From Pseudomonadota bacterium (lineage in GTDB: Bacteria > Bdellovibrionota_B > Oligoflexia > Oligoflexales > CAIYRB01), in contig JANOTL010000054.1 in the NCBI GenBank assembly GCA_031416315.1, positions 1 through 60,282 of the forward strand: a DNA stretch of 60,282 nucleotides. Reading direction: 5' to 3'. How positions within the stretch are numbered: position 1 is the first letter of the stretch; each line of letters begins with the position of its first letter. The position numbers and the translations under genes are program-made. Of this stretch, positions 1 to 8,574 are shown in pieces. The notes under the pieces are model-generated. The model did not search any database and had not been told where the DNA came from. It was given only the letters and a program-made list of their open reading frames with translations.

Positions 1-71
1 GGTGGGGGGGGCCCTGGCTCCGGGGGTGTGGTACGGGGGTGGATGGGCTCTTCTATAAAACCCGCTAAATA

Positions 72-875
72 ATGTTTTGTATCTACTCGGGCGCCGCTTC
101 TATCGACGTCTACGTGGCAAACAAGCGGCTAGTCGACGTGGAGAACCGATCCAGCATCACGATTCACAACGCCTACCGGATCGCCGAGCGCGGCGAGCGT
201 CGCTACTCGCCCCACCTCGGCGTGAAGCTTCACCTGCCGAACCTTCAGGAGAAGCTGCAGCTGCGCTTCACGAGCTACGACGAGGACGTCGAGGAGCGCG
301 GCATCAACGAGAACCGCTACCAGCAGGCCCCGGCGACCCGCAACTACGGCACTTCGCTCGCGATTTTCGAGCAGCTAGGCTCGGTGAAGACCGAGTTCCG
401 CCCGCGGGTCGAGTTCAACAAGGAGCTCCTCACCTCCTACCTCTTCAAGTTCTCCAGCGACGCCGAGCATGGCGCCCTCACGGTGAAGCCGGAGCTGCAG
501 CTCTTCGCCCGCTCCGACACCGGCACCGGCGAGTTCGTCGCCGTCGACCTCGAGTACAAGCTGAGCCCTCAGGACAAGCTCGAGCTGATCAACGAGCAGC
601 AATACACCGACGGTGACAACACGACGCGCACGAACCAGGGCGTCCGCTGGGAGCACACGTACGACGAGATCTTCTCGCAGGAGCAGGCGCTGATCTTCGA
701 GTCGAACAACCGCCCGACCTACCACCACGAGCGCGCCGTCCTCAGCACGACCTTTCGCCACCGCTTTCGCCGCAACATCTTGCACTACAGCGTGACGCCG
801 TACGCAGCCTTCGCGAAGTCACAGAATTTCCACCCGGCCACCGGCCTCGACTTGCGCCTGGAGATCATCTTTTGA
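72..875 (+). CDS. Probable outer-membrane beta-barrel protein; 5' end unreliable
   Basis: Alternating amphipathic beta-strand pattern and C-terminal Phe (LRLEIIF). No signal peptide, and the first ~100 nt of the window look compositionally aberrant, so the true N-terminus is probably missing. Confidence 0.55.
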   Translation: MFCIYSGAASIDVYVANKRLVDVENRSSITIHNAYRIAERGERRYSPHLGVKLHLPNLQEKLQLRFTSYDEDVEERGINENRYQQAPATRNYGTSLAIFEQLGSVKTEFRPRVEFNKELLTSYLFKFSSDAEHGALTVKPELQLFARSDTGTGEFVAVDLEYKLSPQDKLELINEQQYTDGDNTTRTNQGVRWEHTYDEIFSQEQALIFESNNRPTYHHERAVLSTTFRHRFRRNILHYSVTPYAAFAKSQNFHPATGLDLRLEIIF

Positions 876-877
876 TC

Positions 878-893
878 CGGCGCAGATCTTGCT
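878..893 (+). promoter_or_regulatory. sigma54 -24/-12 promoter
   Basis: CGGCGCAGATCTTGCT: GG-N10-GC with TTGC at -12, 54 nt before the ATG at 947. Confidence 0.7.
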
Positions 894-946
894 TAGCAAG
901 GTCCACGATCGACAGCTTCTCGCGCTTCACCCGACGAGGTCTCCTC

Positions 947-1405
947 ATGAAGAAAAGCCGACGCAAAAAAGCTGAGCCTGCCGCCCCGCACTTCCCGGAC
1001 CGCGATCAGATCTTCGACGATGGGCATCGCACTCATCCCTCGGACGCCGTACAGGAGTTCCTGCGCGCCTGGTCCGGCGACGCGGAGGAGCGTGCCGGAG
1101 GCGACCGCGACCCCAACGTCGACGCCGTGGACGATCTCGCGCGTGTCGGCCGTATCACCGGCGCCAAGCCAGGCGAATCCGGAGTCGACGAGATGCGCTC
1201 CCATCTAGGCAAGGTCATCCTCCACGACGAGGAGATCCCCGACGCGGAGAAGGACGTCACCGAGCGTTTCAGCCCGGAGGATATCCGCCGCATCGCCGTC
1301 GCGCTCAACATCCCCGGCCGCGGCACGATGGGCCGTCACCAGCTGATCCAGGCCATCCGCTCCGCTATGGCGGGTAGCGGCACACCTGGCAGCCCGCACG
1401 CTTAA
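947..1405 (+). CDS. Hypothetical protein with C-terminal Rho-N-like (HeH) motif
   Basis: ATG at 947 after GAGG. The C-terminal IRRIAVALNIPGRGTMGRHQLIQAI resembles the Rho termination factor N-terminal motif. Confidence 0.6.
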   Translation: MKKSRRKKAEPAAPHFPDRDQIFDDGHRTHPSDAVQEFLRAWSGDAEERAGGDRDPNVDAVDDLARVGRITGAKPGESGVDEMRSHLGKVILHDEEIPDAEKDVTERFSPEDIRRIAVALNIPGRGTMGRHQLIQAIRSAMAGSGTPGSPHA

Positions 1406-1429
1406 GATCCTGAATCATTTGGAGATAAT

Positions 1430-2149
1430 ATGTTGAAGTCCGTTCTCGCCCTGAGCCTCGCGACCGCGGCGCTCGCCGCATCCGCCATCGCCGATACCGA
1501 GCCCCGCGGCTTCCCCGTGCTCGTCGACGTCAAAAGCGTGTTCATCCCGAACGGCTTCGACGACAACGACGAGATCCAGCTGCGCATCGAAGGCACGCTT
1601 CCCGACACCTGCCACCGCATCTCGCGCACCGAGACGGCCTACGACGACGCCTCGAAGACCGTGACGATCAAGCAATGGGCCCGCAAGTTCCGCGCGGCCT
1701 GCCTGCAGATCGTCGTGCCGTTCTCCCTCGAGGTCGAGCTCGGGCAGCTGCCGTACGGCGACTTCGTCGTCGCCGCGCAAGGCGCGCCGCCGGAGCCGCT
1801 CCGCGTTGCCGAGGCGACTTCTTCCGGACCGGACGAATACCTCTACGCGCCGGTCGAAACCCTGACGATCACGGGCGACTCCCCCACTACCTTGCAGGTC
1901 ACATTGGACGGACGCTTCGCAAATAGCTGCATGCGCCTGAAGGAAATTCGCGTCATTGACTCCGGAAAAACGATCGAGGTCCTGCCGATTGCCGAGATGG
2001 AGAGCCGCGACGGCTGCGAAGCGGTCGACACGCCCTTCTCGCAAAGCGCGGCCTTGCCGGCCGGCCTGAGCCCGGGCCGCCATCTGCTGCACGTGCGCAG
2101 CCTCAACGGCAAAGCCCTCAATCAGATGTTCGTCATTCAGCCGGGCTGA
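1430..2149 (+). CDS. Secreted hypothetical protein with two Cys-containing beta-rich repeats
   Basis: GGAG RBS and a signal peptide. The two halves share a pattern (IEGTLPDTC / LDGRFANSC). Confidence 0.75.
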   Translation: MLKSVLALSLATAALAASAIADTEPRGFPVLVDVKSVFIPNGFDDNDEIQLRIEGTLPDTCHRISRTETAYDDASKTVTIKQWARKFRAACLQIVVPFSLEVELGQLPYGDFVVAAQGAPPEPLRVAEATSSGPDEYLYAPVETLTITGDSPTTLQVTLDGRFANSCMRLKEIRVIDSGKTIEVLPIAEMESRDGCEAVDTPFSQSAALPAGLSPGRHLLHVRSLNGKALNQMFVIQPG

Positions 2150-2228
2150 GCTCGAAAGCCCACGATTGTACTGCGGTTCGCGGCGGCATTCGGCTCGTCG
2201 AAGACCTGGTTACGTTTAGCGAACGGGC

Positions 2229-2257
2229 TTGCAAATGGGGGGCCGATCCGTTACTTT
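2229..2257 (+). promoter_or_regulatory. sigma70-type promoter of the helicase gene
   Basis: TTGCAA-N17-TACTTT. It implies the true start lies downstream of 2229 (first in-frame candidate is TTG at 2268). Confidence 0.45.
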
Positions 2258-2267
2258 CCGTGATCAT

Positions 2268-4730
2268 TTGTCCTCGAACCGCAAAGCTCCCACTCCCATC
2301 GCCAATCTTTTCCAACGCCTTCAATCCCACTTCCGTGCGGCCCGGCACAAGAAGCTCCTCACGCGACTCGGCCTCGAAACCGGCGATCGCGGCATGCTCC
2401 TGCGCGCCGAGCGCCGGATCGAAGACCGCGGCGTCACGACCATGCTGCATGCCGTGGCGACTGCTCCGCAAAATCCAGAGACCTTGCTCCACCCCGAGCT
2501 GCTCACGAGCTACCGGGACACCCTGGCGGCAGAGACCAACTCGGCGCTGAGCGAGGCCGAGACGGCCGTCAAGGCGCTCATCGATCTCGCTCTAGACCCC
2601 GCGATCGTCCGATGGCAGAGCGGCGGCGAGAGCGCGATGCGCGAGAATCATTTGAAGCTGCCGCCGTCGCTCGAGGCGCCCGACGCCCTCGCGACCGCGA
2701 AGCATCACTACCGCAAGATCCAGGCCGCCACCCAGAAAAAACGCGCCGAGTTCCTCGACGCCCGCCTGAAGAAGCTGGTGCCGGGGACGCGCCTCAACGG
2801 CAAAGAGCTTTCGACCCGATTCATGGAGAAGATGCCGCTTCTGACGAGCGCGATCGAGATCGAGCTCAACGTCGAGGCTTCGCTCTCCGAGGCGCAGACG
2901 ACGCAGCTCATCGACCTTCCCGACGACGCGCTACCGAAGACCGTCGAAAACATGATGGTGAAGGCGCGTCGCTCGCTCGTGGCAAAGCTCTCGGCGCAGC
3001 TCAAGGAGCTCGCGGGCCGCATCCGCACGCTGCCGCACATCGAGCTTCTGACCGACGACGAGATCTCCGCAACGGTCGCGCCCTACTACGGCGGCATGAG
3101 TCGAGACCTGAAGCGCCGCCGCGCCAAAAGCGCCTTCGTCGCCGTCGAGGAAAGCGCCCGCGAGGCGAAGTACCAAGGCGACGTGGCGCGGCTCAACGAG
3201 AAGCGCGACGCTTACGCCGACGTCGCCAGCTATTATCCCGTTGCGCGCGGCCTCAAGCGCAAGCTCGTCCTTTACGTCGGCCCGACGAACAGCGGCAAGA
3301 CCTGGCGCGCCCTGAACGACCTCGCCGCCGCCAGCTCGGGCTCCTACCTCGCCCCCCTCCGCCTCCTCGCGCTCGAAGGCCAGGAGGAGCTGGAGAAACG
3401 CGGCCGACCGACCTCCTTCATCACCGGCGAGGAGCGCGACCTGAAGCCGGGCTCGCATTTCGTCAGCTCGACGATCGAGATGCTGAACGTCGAGCAGGCC
3501 GTCGACGCCGTCGTCATCGACGAGGTGCAGCTGTTGGCCGACGAGCATCGCGGCTGGGCTTGGCTGGCCGCGCTCGTGGGTGCTCCTGCCTCGACCGTGA
3601 TCATGACCGGCTCCCCCGATTGCGTCGACATCGTCAAGGACCTGGCCGCCTACCTCGGCGAAGAGCTCACCATCCACGAATTGACGCGCCACAACGAGCT
3701 GCACGTCGCGCCGGCGCCGATCCGCATGCGGGACATCCGCCCGGGCACCGCGATCGTTTGTTTTTCGCGTCGGGACGTGCAGCGAATCAAGAACACCATC
3801 CTGGAGAACTCGGAGCTGAAGGTCGCCGTCGTCTACGGCAACTTGAGCCCCCAGGTCCGGCGCGAGGAGGCCCGACGCTTCCGCTCCGGAGAGGCGCAGA
3901 TCCTCGTCGCGACCGACGCGATCGCCATGGGCCTCAACCTCCCGATCAGCGAAGTGCTGTTCTACGCCACGGAAAAATTCAACGGCGAAGAGGTCTTGCC
4001 CCTCTCACCCTCGGACATTCGCCAGATCGGCGGCCGCGCCGGTCGTTACGGCTTCGCCCAGTTCGGCGTCGTCAACGCGCTGGACCAGAAGAGCCTCGAC
4101 CGAATCCGCGACGCGCTCGAAGAGACGCCGACGATGCTCGAGCGGCCGTACTACGTCGCGCCCGGGCACAACCACGTGCGCATCATCGGCGAGGTCTTGG
4201 GCACGAGCTCCTTGGAGCGGATCCTCACCTTCTTCGAGCGCGCGATCGAGTTCTCCGACGAGCGCTTCGCCCGCTCGAACATCGACGCTTTGTCCTACTT
4301 GTCGACCTTCGTCGACGAGCGGCTGCCCTTCCTCGACGTGACCGAGCGGCTGACCATCGCGGCGACCCCGGTTTCGATCCGAAGCGAGACCGGCCTACGC
4401 TGGTTCATCGACCGCATGCTGAGCTGTTTCCCCGATCCGGAGGATCCGGACCGGGGAGAGGATGATCTCAACGACCTGTTCCGCGTGGCGTCACGGTTCG
4501 ACCATGACGCGGCGCGCACGCAACTCGAGCTGCGGGACGCGGAAGACTATCTCAAGACGCTCACCGTCTACGCCTGGCTCGCCTTTCGCTATCCGACGGT
4601 CTTCACGCGCATCGAAGAATGCGAGGCGCGCCGAGAAATCGTGAACGGCTTCGTGGAGCGGTCGCTGCGCACGTCCTCGGCAAAAGAGAAGCCACCCCAA
4701 AGGGACCGTGGCGGCCGCAGGCGTCGCTGA
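2268..4730 (+). CDS. SUV3-family SF2 RNA/DNA helicase
   Basis: Motifs GPTNSGKT, YLAPLRLLA, STIEM, IDEVQ...RGWAW, FSRR, ATDAIAMGLNLPI, QIGGRAGRYG. Start codon uncertain. Confidence 0.9.
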   Translation: MSSNRKAPTPIANLFQRLQSHFRAARHKKLLTRLGLETGDRGMLLRAERRIEDRGVTTMLHAVATAPQNPETLLHPELLTSYRDTLAAETNSALSEAETAVKALIDLALDPAIVRWQSGGESAMRENHLKLPPSLEAPDALATAKHHYRKIQAATQKKRAEFLDARLKKLVPGTRLNGKELSTRFMEKMPLLTSAIEIELNVEASLSEAQTTQLIDLPDDALPKTVENMMVKARRSLVAKLSAQLKELAGRIRTLPHIELLTDDEISATVAPYYGGMSRDLKRRRAKSAFVAVEESAREAKYQGDVARLNEKRDAYADVASYYPVARGLKRKLVLYVGPTNSGKTWRALNDLAAASSGSYLAPLRLLALEGQEELEKRGRPTSFITGEERDLKPGSHFVSSTIEMLNVEQAVDAVVIDEVQLLADEHRGWAWLAALVGAPASTVIMTGSPDCVDIVKDLAAYLGEELTIHELTRHNELHVAPAPIRMRDIRPGTAIVCFSRRDVQRIKNTILENSELKVAVVYGNLSPQVRREEARRFRSGEAQILVATDAIAMGLNLPISEVLFYATEKFNGEEVLPLSPSDIRQIGGRAGRYGFAQFGVVNALDQKSLDRIRDALEETPTMLERPYYVAPGHNHVRIIGEVLGTSSLERILTFFERAIEFSDERFARSNIDALSYLSTFVDERLPFLDVTERLTIAATPVSIRSETGLRWFIDRMLSCFPDPEDPDRGEDDLNDLFRVASRFDHDAARTQLELRDAEDYLKTLTVYAWLAFRYPTVFTRIEECEARREIVNGFVERSLRTSSAKEKPPQRDRGGRRRR

Positions 4731-4751
4731 GGTGAGCGCAAGACGCGCGTC

Positions 4752-4856
4752 TCAGTCCTTGTTCTTTTTCTTCTCCTGCTTCTCCTGCTTCTTCTCCTTC
4801 GGGGATTTCAACGGGGCTTTCTTCTCGTTCTTCTTCTGGTCTTGACCCTTCGCCAT
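4752..4856 (-). CDS. Small Lys-rich protein, 34 aa (MAKGQDQKKNEKKAPLKSPKEKKQEKQEKKKNKD), absent from the ORF track
   Basis: AAGGAG RBS 7 nt before the ATG, open frame to TGA, starting 12 nt after the dehydrogenase stop. Confidence 0.75.
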   Translation of the reverse strand: MAKGQDQKKNEKKAPLKSPKEKKQEKQEKKKNKD

Positions 4857-4868
4857 GGCATTGCTCCT

Positions 4869-6038
4869 TCAGTGCATTTGCATGACGATCTTGGTACACC
4901 CGTCCTGCTTTTTTTGGAACATGTCATAGCCCGCCGGCGCGTCGTCCAGGGTCAGCTTGTGACTGATGACGAAGGAGGGGTCGATCGCCCCTTGCTCGAC
5001 CTTTTCCAAGAGGGACCGCATGTACTTCTGCGTGTGGGTCTGGCCCATCCGGAAGTTGAGCCCTTTGTTGAAGCCCATGCCGAAGTTGAACTTGTCGATG
5101 AAGCCGACGTAAACGCCCGGAACCGATACGGTTCCGCCCTTTCGGCAGACCCGGATCGCCTGCCGCAGGGCGTGCGCCCGATCCGGCTGGACCCGCAGGG
5201 CCGCCTTGGCGGAGTCCATCAGCGCGTCCAGCGAGCGCCCGTGGGCCTCCATGCCGACCGCGTCGATGCAGGAGGCAGGACCCTCGCCCCCGGTCGCTTC
5301 CATCAAGTGGTCGTAGACGTCGACCGCCTCGTAGTTGATGACTTCCGCGCCACCTGCCGCCGCGAGCTCGAGGCGCTCCGCGAAGCGGTCGATGGCAAAG
5401 ACGCGGCCCGCTCCGAGCATGAAGGCGCTGCGGATCGCGAATTGCCCGACGGGGCCGGCGCCCCAGACGGCGACGGTATCGCCCGGCTGGATGTCGCAGT
5501 TCTCCGCGGCCATGTAGCCGGTGGGAAAAATGTCTGAGAGGAATAGGACTTTGTCGTCCGAGAGGCTCGCCGGCACCTTGAGAGGGCCGACGTCGGCATA
5601 AGGGACGCGCACGTATTCGGCCTGGCCTCCGGCGTAGCCACCGCACATATGCGTGAAGCCGAAGAGCCCCGAGCAGGCCTGCCCGGTCGCCATCAGCGAC
5701 AAGCTCGGGTTCGGGTTCGAGTTGTCACAGGCCGAGAATTGCTCTTTCTCGCAGAAGTAGCATTTGCCGCAGGCGATGTTGAAGGGCACGACGACGCGAT
5801 CGCCGGCCTTGAGATTCTTGACGCTGCGCCCGACCTCGACGACTTCGCCCATGAACTCGTGACCTAAAATGTCGCCCTTCAGGATCGAGGGCACGCACCC
5901 GCCATAAAGGTGTAGGTCCGAGCCACAGATCGCGGTCGAGCTGACGCGGATGACGGCGTCGCGCGCGTTCAAGATCTGCGGATCGGGGACGGTCTCGACG
6001 CCGACTTTGTTGCGGCCCTGCCAGGTGACGGCTCTCAT
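4869..6038 (-). CDS. Zn-dependent MDR dehydrogenase (formaldehyde dehydrogenase-like, YbdR-type)
   Basis: ICGSDLH, GHEFMG, structural-Zn CGKCYFC...C, SDIFPTG, GAGPVG. Confidence 0.92.
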   Translation of the reverse strand: MRAVTWQGRNKVGVETVPDPQILNARDAVIRVSSTAICGSDLHLYGGCVPSILKGDILGHEFMGEVVEVGRSVKNLKAGDRVVVPFNIACGKCYFCEKEQFSACDNSNPNPSLSLMATGQACSGLFGFTHMCGGYAGGQAEYVRVPYADVGPLKVPASLSDDKVLFLSDIFPTGYMAAENCDIQPGDTVAVWGAGPVGQFAIRSAFMLGAGRVFAIDRFAERLELAAAGGAEVINYEAVDVYDHLMEATGGEGPASCIDAVGMEAHGRSLDALMDSAKAALRVQPDRAHALRQAIRVCRKGGTVSVPGVYVGFIDKFNFGMGFNKGLNFRMGQTHTQKYMRSLLEKVEQGAIDPSFVISHKLTLDDAPAGYDMFQKKQDGCTKIVMQMH

Positions 6039-6619
6039 GCGTGGACCTCCTGCGCGGCGCCATTGAGGTGCGCGCGATTTTTCGTTTCTCCGGACTCGAC
6101 ACGTGCGGCGCCCTCGCCGTCTTCCTCGTCGACGAGGATTTTGCCGAGCAGGCTGCGCTCACCGTGGGACTGGCCCTCGACGGTCGGAACTTCGCCAGCC
6201 TCGAGGAAAGCCTTCAACTGCCGGAGCACGAGCCAGTCGTGCTCGCCGTCCTTCGACTCGATGCGCGTTCGCTTGCCGTCGACGGCCGTGCTGAGCCTCA
6301 AGGAAGTCAAGGAGCGCTTGTCGATCGGTGCGCCGCCCAGCTCAAACAGCGTCTCGACCTCTTCTTTGGCTTTATTAACGACGATCGCCCGGTCCTGGCG
6401 CTGCATCGATTTTGCGGCATCGCTCGTATCGCTGCCGAGACGCTGGGCGACGACGCAGTGCCCGGTCAGGCCGCGCCCTAAGAATCCGGCGCCGATGGCG
6501 GCCGAAGCCGCGCGAAGCACGAGGTTCGCGCCTTTACGCCGCCGAAAGACGGGGAGAAGCGACAGGGCGCCCAGGGCCACGGAGATGCCCCGCTCGACGC
6601 TAGAAATGTTCTTTTGCAT
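6035..6619 (-). CDS. DUF2892/YgaP-like membrane domain plus shortened SRPBCC-like domain
   Basis: N-terminal NISSVER...RGLTGHC and C-terminal [28 protein letters not shown]; the stop overlaps the dehydrogenase start (ATGA). Confidence 0.75.
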   Translation of the reverse strand: MQKNISSVERGISVALGALSLLPVFRRRKGANLVLRAASAAIGAGFLGRGLTGHCVVAQRLGSDTSDAAKSMQRQDRAIVVNKAKEEVETLFELGGAPIDKRSLTSLRLSTAVDGKRTRIESKDGEHDWLVLRQLKAFLEAGEVPTVEGQSHGERSLLGKILVDEEDGEGAARVESGETKNRAHLNGAAQEVHA

Positions 6620-6648
6620 TTCGACCCTCCAATTGGAGCCGAAAGGCT

Positions 6649-6664
6649 TGCATAAGTCGTGCCC
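6649..6664 (-). promoter_or_regulatory. sigma54 promoter for the DUF2892-dehydrogenase-small ORF operon
   Basis: Minus strand GGGCACGACTTATGCA (GG-N10-GC). Confidence 0.7.
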
Positions 6665-6669
6665 GCGCT

Positions 6670-6685
6670 TGGTACGCGTCTTGCT
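6670..6685 (+). promoter_or_regulatory. sigma54 promoter for the hemerythrin gene
   Basis: TGGTACGCGTCTTGCT, near-consensus. Confidence 0.8.
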
Positions 6686-6747
6686 GAATACCGGTCGTTC
6701 CCGTTTCGTATCACTCGTATCACTCTGCACCATCGAGGACGAACATC

Positions 6748-7296
6748 ATGGCCACTGCCACAAAAACCCCCGCTAAAAAAACCGCCCCCAAGAAAACCGT
6801 CGCCAAGAACCCTGATGCCGTCGCGTTCCTCGAATCGCAGCACCGCGAGGTCGAGGCGCTCTTCAAGAAGCTCGAGGACGCCGGCGACGACGCGACCAAG
6901 ACTAAGCTGAGCCTCTTTCAGGAGATCGCGCAAAAACTGGGCGCGCACGCTCAGCTCGAGGAGACGATCCTTTATCCAGAAGGCAAGCCGATCGACCCGG
7001 ACATGACGCTCGAGGCTTACGAGGAGCACGACGTGGTGAAGGCTTTGATCGCGAAGATCGAGGCGACCGATCCGAGCGACGAGACCTTCATGGCGAAGTG
7101 CACGGTGCTGAAGGAAGTCGTCGAGCACCACGTCGAGGAAGAGGAAGAGGCATACTTCCCGGAGCTCGCGAAAAAGCTCGGCAAGGAGCGGATGCAGGAG
7201 CTCGGCGCCGAGCTCGAGGCGGCCTTCGCGGCGCTCGCGTCCGGCGAGGAGGCGCAGAAAAAGCCCGCGTTGAAAGCTGCGTCGAAGCTGCGCTGA
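6748..7296 (+). CDS. Hemerythrin/HHE cation-binding domain protein
   Basis: QHREVEALF, HAQLEETILYP, EAYEEH, HHVEEEE. Lys/Ala/Pro-rich N-terminal tail; GAGG RBS. Confidence 0.9.
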   Translation: MATATKTPAKKTAPKKTVAKNPDAVAFLESQHREVEALFKKLEDAGDDATKTKLSLFQEIAQKLGAHAQLEETILYPEGKPIDPDMTLEAYEEHDVVKALIAKIEATDPSDETFMAKCTVLKEVVEHHVEEEEEAYFPELAKKLGKERMQELGAELEAAFAALASGEEAQKKPALKAASKLR

Positions 7297-7360
7297 GACA
7301 TCAGCGCGCCGCGTTCCGAGCACGTGGCGTGCGCCGGCTCCTGCGCATAAGCCATCGAAA

Positions 7361-7383
7361 TTAATGTGTTATCTAAACATTAA
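7361..7383. promoter_or_regulatory. AT-rich inverted repeat, candidate operator
   Basis: TTAATGT-N9-ACATTAA, perfect 7-bp arms in a GC-rich background. Confidence 0.45.
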
Positions 7384-7408
7384 GGACGGCCGTGTTTCAA
7401 GCCGAAGA
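7381..7408 (+). promoter_or_regulatory. sigma28 (FliA)-like promoter
   Basis: TAAG-N16-GCCGAAGA, ending 7 nt before the ATG at 7416. Confidence 0.4.
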
Positions 7409-7415
7409 CTAGGGC

Positions 7416-7967
7416 ATGCGCTCCCTAGTCCTCCCGCTCGTCCTCTTCGTGCAAGGCTGCGGCTATTCCGGCGGCTTGAGCGAAGGATATGTATCCGACG
7501 CCAACGCCTGCCGACGCGCGCCAGGCGCGGACGCGCTCGCGATTCCGGAGGACGCGGGCATCATGCGCTTGAGCGAGAGCGACGCCCAACCGCCTGAGAT
7601 CGCGCAGCGTCTGGTCCTGCCTGATCGAGATGCTTTGCTCTGGGGACTGCGACTCGCCTTGGTTAAATCCGAAGCGACGGACGGCGGGGAAGCGCTCGTC
7701 GATGTTTACGAGGCGCGCGCGACGAGCGTAGGCGATGGCGCGCCCAAGCGCGACGTCCTGAGCGTCGCGAAGGTGTCGGCGTACGACGTCACGGGCACGG
7801 CGAGCTGGATCGAAGTCTCGCTGACCAGGCCGATTCGCTTGGAGAAGGCGCGGGAATACGGCGTCGCGCTCCGAGCGGAGAGCCGGGACCATTATCCGAG
7901 GAGCTTGGCCTGGGCGCACGTCTTGGGCGAGGGCCTGATGGGCCTGGTCGAGTGTGGCGATGAATAG
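7416..7967 (+). CDS. Hypothetical lipoprotein
   Basis: Hydrophobic signal and lipobox (VQGC); beta-rich body. Confidence 0.7.
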   Translation: MRSLVLPLVLFVQGCGYSGGLSEGYVSDANACRRAPGADALAIPEDAGIMRLSESDAQPPEIAQRLVLPDRDALLWGLRLALVKSEATDGGEALVDVYEARATSVGDGAPKRDVLSVAKVSAYDVTGTASWIEVSLTRPIRLEKAREYGVALRAESRDHYPRSLAWAHVLGEGLMGLVECGDE

Positions 7968-8574
7968 GTTCTTCGCCGCAATTTTCGCGCTTTCGGCGAC
8001 CCCGGCGCTAGCCGTCTTCCCGAACGACGTCAAAATCACCTCGCGGGACACGACGATGTACGGGGGCTACGCCGTGAGCCTGCTGGACGTCGGAGACAAA
8101 GATCGAAGCTTTCGCCTCGATGGAACGGCCGTCGGCCTGGGCTACGCCGTCAACTTCGGCATGCAAGGCGGCGACGCCGCGGGGATCGGCGTCAACTTGA
8201 AGGCCGCGCGCTACATCAACGATTTCGGCGCCGCCGGTGCGACCGAGACGATCGATCACGCCGCAGTCGGCGTCGGCATCGTCGGGTTTTCCGGGACCTG
8301 GGTTCGCTACTACCTCGGGATCTCCGGCGACATGTTGGAGCTGCGCCGCGGCGGCGCGGAGCCCGTGCATCAGCGCTATAATCCGGCCCTCGGCTCCACC
8401 TTCGGGATCGGGCTCGGGCCGCGCGGCGCCAAAGCCGGCTGGCAGCTGCGCGGCGAGCTCGGGCTCAGCAAGTTTGACGACGGACGGGATTTCGAAGGCA
8501 ATGGCACGAAGCTCTTCGCGATCGGCTTGACCTCCGTCCTGGCGGCGCTCGAGCTGAGCATGGTGAGCAAGTGA
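7960..8574 (+). CDS. Secreted small beta-barrel-like outer-membrane protein
   Basis: Signal peptide ending ALA-VF; about 8 Gly/aromatic amphipathic strands; overlaps both neighbours. Confidence 0.6.
   Translation: MNRFFAAIFALSATPALAVFPNDVKITSRDTTMYGGYAVSLLDVGDKDRSFRLDGTAVGLGYAVNFGMQGGDAAGIGVNLKAARYINDFGAAGATETIDHAAVGVGIVGFSGTWVRYYLGISGDMLELRRGGAEPVHQRYNPALGSTFGIGLGPRGAKAGWQLRGELGLSKFDDGRDFEGNGTKLFAIGLTSVLAALELSMVSK

Noticed and set aside
1..100. G-run-rich then AT-rich stretch at the window start (possible G-quadruplex or promoter)
   Set aside because: Its composition is unlike the rest of the window and it replaces the expected signal peptide of the first ORF; most likely a low-quality or chimeric contig end.
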